Shown one piece after another: positions 35,544 through 38,079 of a stretch of DNA of 38,079 bases. Within the stretch, counting starts at the first letter, position 1; every line of letters begins with the position of its first letter. Source of the stretch: an uncultured Candidatus Saccharibacteria bacterium (GTDB lineage: Bacteria; Patescibacteriota; Saccharimonadia; Saccharimonadales; Saccharimonadaceae). The translations under genes were made by a program, and so were the position numbers. Location of the stretch: positions 1 to 38,079 of the forward strand of contig CARTQV010000001.1 of assembly GCA_949070545.1 (NCBI GenBank), read 5' to 3'. Below the pieces are notes generated by a model. That model had not been told where the DNA came from, did no database searches, and worked only from the letters and a program-made list of their open reading frames with translations.

Positions 35544-37386
35544 CCATTAGCCTCCCAATATTCTCTAAAATTTCCTCGCCCGGCACTCCGTTTTTCTCGG
35601 CTTCGAGTGCTTGCTGAATTATCTCATCTGGTACCCCACGATCACGCAGAATTTCTATAATCATCTGCTCCTCGTCTACATCTCCTGCGCTAACATCTTT
35701 CGTGCTTTGCTGTTTGTTAAAATCATTCAGATCGATAGTCAGATCTTCGGGGTCTTCGACTCCAGAATTAGTTACAATCTTATTCCAAGCCGCTGCAAGA
35801 TTTTTGGTTGGGATAAGTTGTGCTAAAGTTGGTGTTCCAGCAATTTGCAGGAGTAACTGTAAAGAGTCCAGCTGTTCAGCTTGGCCATTGAGCTTACTGG
35901 TTGAAGCATTCACCCGAAAATGCAGGGCTGGAGTTGCACTGGAATAGTTAATTCTGATAACATTGTCTTGATTAACAAACCCCTCTTTTAATTTGTCTTC
36001 CCTTTCTAGCTCACGCAGACGGTCAGCAGTCTTTTGGTCTAGTTGCAGATCCTCGACGCCTTCGCGTTCAGCAAAGTAAACATTCACGGCAGTTTCTGCC
36101 CAGTTCTCGAAGAACGACTCAAAGTTCTTGCGGAGATAATTATCGTCCGTGCTCATAATCTCTTTTTGCTGTTTCAGAGCAGCCGGAGTTTTGCCCCAAC
36201 CGGGATTGCCGACATCACTGCCAATGCTTGTATTTCCACCGGAGTTAAAGAGGTTGAGCAGCTGGCTTTTATTGAGTCCATAGATATTGGCGTATTCGCG
36301 AATTGCTGTCGTATCGACTTCGAGCGGTTTGATGTTGTTGTTCGGATCTGAACCCATTTCTATGAGTGCGTCAGCTTCGTAAAACGATTGTGATGTATCA
36401 ATGTTGCCAAATACCATAAGCGGAGGAGCAAGTCCGAGTGCTCGGTTAAACTTATAGGCACGCATATCACCATCAAGCATATTCTGCATCCCGCCAACTA
36501 GCTCGACAATCGAACGACCATATGGGTTGCTACCGTCCACATCGGCATAGAAATAATCAATCGGAATTGCTCCGCGTGGATCCTTGTTTTTCTTGCGTCT
36601 GACGATCGCACCGGCTTTGCCTTCGCCGGATGGACTGCCAACATAGAATGTCGCACCAATGCCTTTCTGGAAGCAAGCTACAACTTCTATACCGCTACCA
36701 GTAACACTATTCGCTTCCTCACTAGCAGTCTTGGCTTGTTCGTCCTTTGTGGCTACATTATCACGAATCTTTTTGAGGGCTTCAATATCCCACGAGCTCT
36801 CGTATTTCTCACGGCCAGCTTTGGCTTCTTTGGCCAAGCTCTGCTCATTTTTAATAATTTGATCAATATCTTCTGGTTGCCACCATGATCGCATAAAAAT
36901 GTAATCACAGGAGTAGAGAGATTTCTTACCTTCTTGGAAGAAGATATCACCGTAGTAAATTGGTACCATATCGGTAGTAAATTCACCGTTTTTCTCGACG
37001 AATGGGGTATAGACTGCTTGCCCACCGAAAGTAAGACCGTTTTCTAGTGTCGTCCAAAACTTTTGGATCAGGTCATAACCAGAGTTTGCATACGGTAAAA
37101 TCTTATTGAGTAAAATAAACTCTGCTACAATTGGCAACCAGTCATTATCATCGTCTGATGTAACCGTACCGGTCGGTAATTGCTGAATTACGCGTTTTGG
37201 AGTTTTACGAATTAAAGCGGCCGTAGTCCCATCGCTAACATTTGCATATTGCTTGGGCACATCTGATGGAGCTTCATTTCTGGCGATTCTCTCGTATTCA
37301 GAAAAATGACTAGACCATTTTTCTGTCCAGTCTTTTGCGGACTGATATTTTTCCCAAAGATTTGTCTCCGTGATAAGATGGTTCAT
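35533..37386 (-). CDS. Portal protein (podovirus-type)
   Basis: 617 aa after terminase; PYGRSIVELV..MQNMLD, KTPAAL, acidic C-terminus. Confidence 0.8.
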   Translation of the reverse strand: MNHLITETNLWEKYQSAKDWTEKWSSHFSEYERIARNEAPSDVPKQYANVSDGTTAALIRKTPKRVIQQLPTGTVTSDDDNDWLPIVAEFILLNKILPYANSGYDLIQKFWTTLENGLTFGGQAVYTPFVEKNGEFTTDMVPIYYGDIFFQEGKKSLYSCDYIFMRSWWQPEDIDQIIKNEQSLAKEAKAGREKYESSWDIEALKKIRDNVATKDEQAKTASEEANSVTGSGIEVVACFQKGIGATFYVGSPSGEGKAGAIVRRKKNKDPRGAIPIDYFYADVDGSNPYGRSIVELVGGMQNMLDGDMRAYKFNRALGLAPPLMVFGNIDTSQSFYEADALIEMGSDPNNNIKPLEVDTTAIREYANIYGLNKSQLLNLFNSGGNTSIGSDVGNPGWGKTPAALKQQKEIMSTDDNYLRKNFESFFENWAETAVNVYFAEREGVEDLQLDQKTADRLRELEREDKLKEGFVNQDNVIRINYSSATPALHFRVNASTSKLNGQAEQLDSLQLLLQIAGTPTLAQLIPTKNLAAAWNKIVTNSGVEDPEDLTIDLNDFNKQQSTKDVSAGDVDEEQMIIEILRDRGVPDEIIQQALEAEKNGVPGEEILENIGRLMDGR

Positions 37387-37460
37387 CTAGTGCTTTCTTT
37401 TGTAGCACGGTGCTCTTACTTTTTGGATGAACCGCTTGAGTTTATTTTAACACATTGATT

Positions 37461-37754
37461 TTAATATTCAAGCTTTGTGTAGCATTTTACGACATAATAG
37501 TCATTGCTTTTTGGGATACGCTCGATTCTCCAAGCCGGGTCAAGCATTGAGTGGTCTTTGCTTAATTCGTCGCTAAAATTAAGATAGAGTTCCAACTCTT
37601 CTTTTTGATTCTGCACACGAAATCGCTCTTCATAACGCCTACGAACTGGCAGCTTGACCTCCCCCTTAATAACATTCTTTTGCGTAATTTCTGTTTTATT
37701 CCCGTTGATTTTCGTTTCCGTAATTTTTCCAAATCGATCACCAAAGTTTTTCAT
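37461..37754 (-). CDS. Phage hypothetical protein
   Basis: 97 aa, GGAGG RBS. Confidence 0.65.
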   Translation of the reverse strand: MKNFGDRFGKITETKINGNKTEITQKNVIKGEVKLPVRRRYEERFRVQNQKEELELYLNFSDELSKDHSMLDPAWRIERIPKSNDYYVVKCYTKLEY

Positions 37755-37762
37755 TTTACCTC

Positions 37763-38079
37763 CTAACCAATAATATGTTTTACGCCATGTCGATTAACAT
37801 GGATTTTAATTGTGTTCTTACTTGCAGGTTGCCACGAGTTTAGTCCTTCAATGAGATATCTCATTGCGTCGCAGGCGTGGCTAGTCCAGTCGTGGAGCGG
37901 TTTTTTATGCAATATCTGGTTCTTCTCGTCCCATTCGTAGTGATATTCTTTGAGACATTTAATTAATCGTTCGCACTTTTCGCTGTTGATCCAAACTCGG
38001 TTCATCGCGTTTCTAACTTCATCAATGCCATCTGCTACACTTCCGGCTTTGAGAACAGTCGTATTGTAAATACCCATAT
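37763..38079 (-). CDS. terL: Terminase large subunit, C-terminal nuclease region (partial)
   Basis: DGIDEVR, CLKEYHYEWD, PLHDWTSHACDAMRY. Confidence 0.9.
   Translation of the reverse strand, partial: MGIYNTTVLKAGSVADGIDEVRNAMNRVWINSEKCERLIKCLKEYHYEWDEKNQILHKKPLHDWTSHACDAMRYLIEGLNSWQPASKNTIKIHVNRHGVKHIIG

Overview
Two-part window from what looks like a Saccharibacteria (TM7, Patescibacteria/CPR) chromosome; the taxonomy is inferred from gene style and content, not from a marker gene. Positions ~1-16,150 are host DNA: ruvC, radA, a CBS protein, DsbA, two paralogous SAM-methyltransferase-like genes around a fibro-slime/MucBP surface protein, a kinase-less multi-TM sensor, a CAP protein, a HolB-like protein, a RluA/RluD pseudouridine synthase, trpS, a GT4 glycosyltransferase, an alpha/beta hydrolase and a glutaredoxin. 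Positions ~16,170 to the window end are a podovirus-like prophage on the minus strand: terminase C-terminus, portal, scaffold, major capsid, morons, ejection/polyvalent proteins, tail adaptor/nozzle, tail fibre, lysis genes and a tyrosine recombinase broken by one in-frame TAG. Main finding: an invertible tail-fibre-tip cassette. A perfect 21-bp inverted repeat (20627-20647 / 21339-21359) encodes NVDFETI in frame in both copies, lies within 11-6-11 tyrosine-recombinase-type dyads, and flanks two head-to-head alternative C-terminal domains, so inversion would swap the tip of one fibre gene. Other signals: an attenuator-like RNA at the window start, a possible frameshift extension of the capsid, sequence boxes shared by two phage leaders, palindromic bidirectional promoters, and a possible PhcB-like signalling module.
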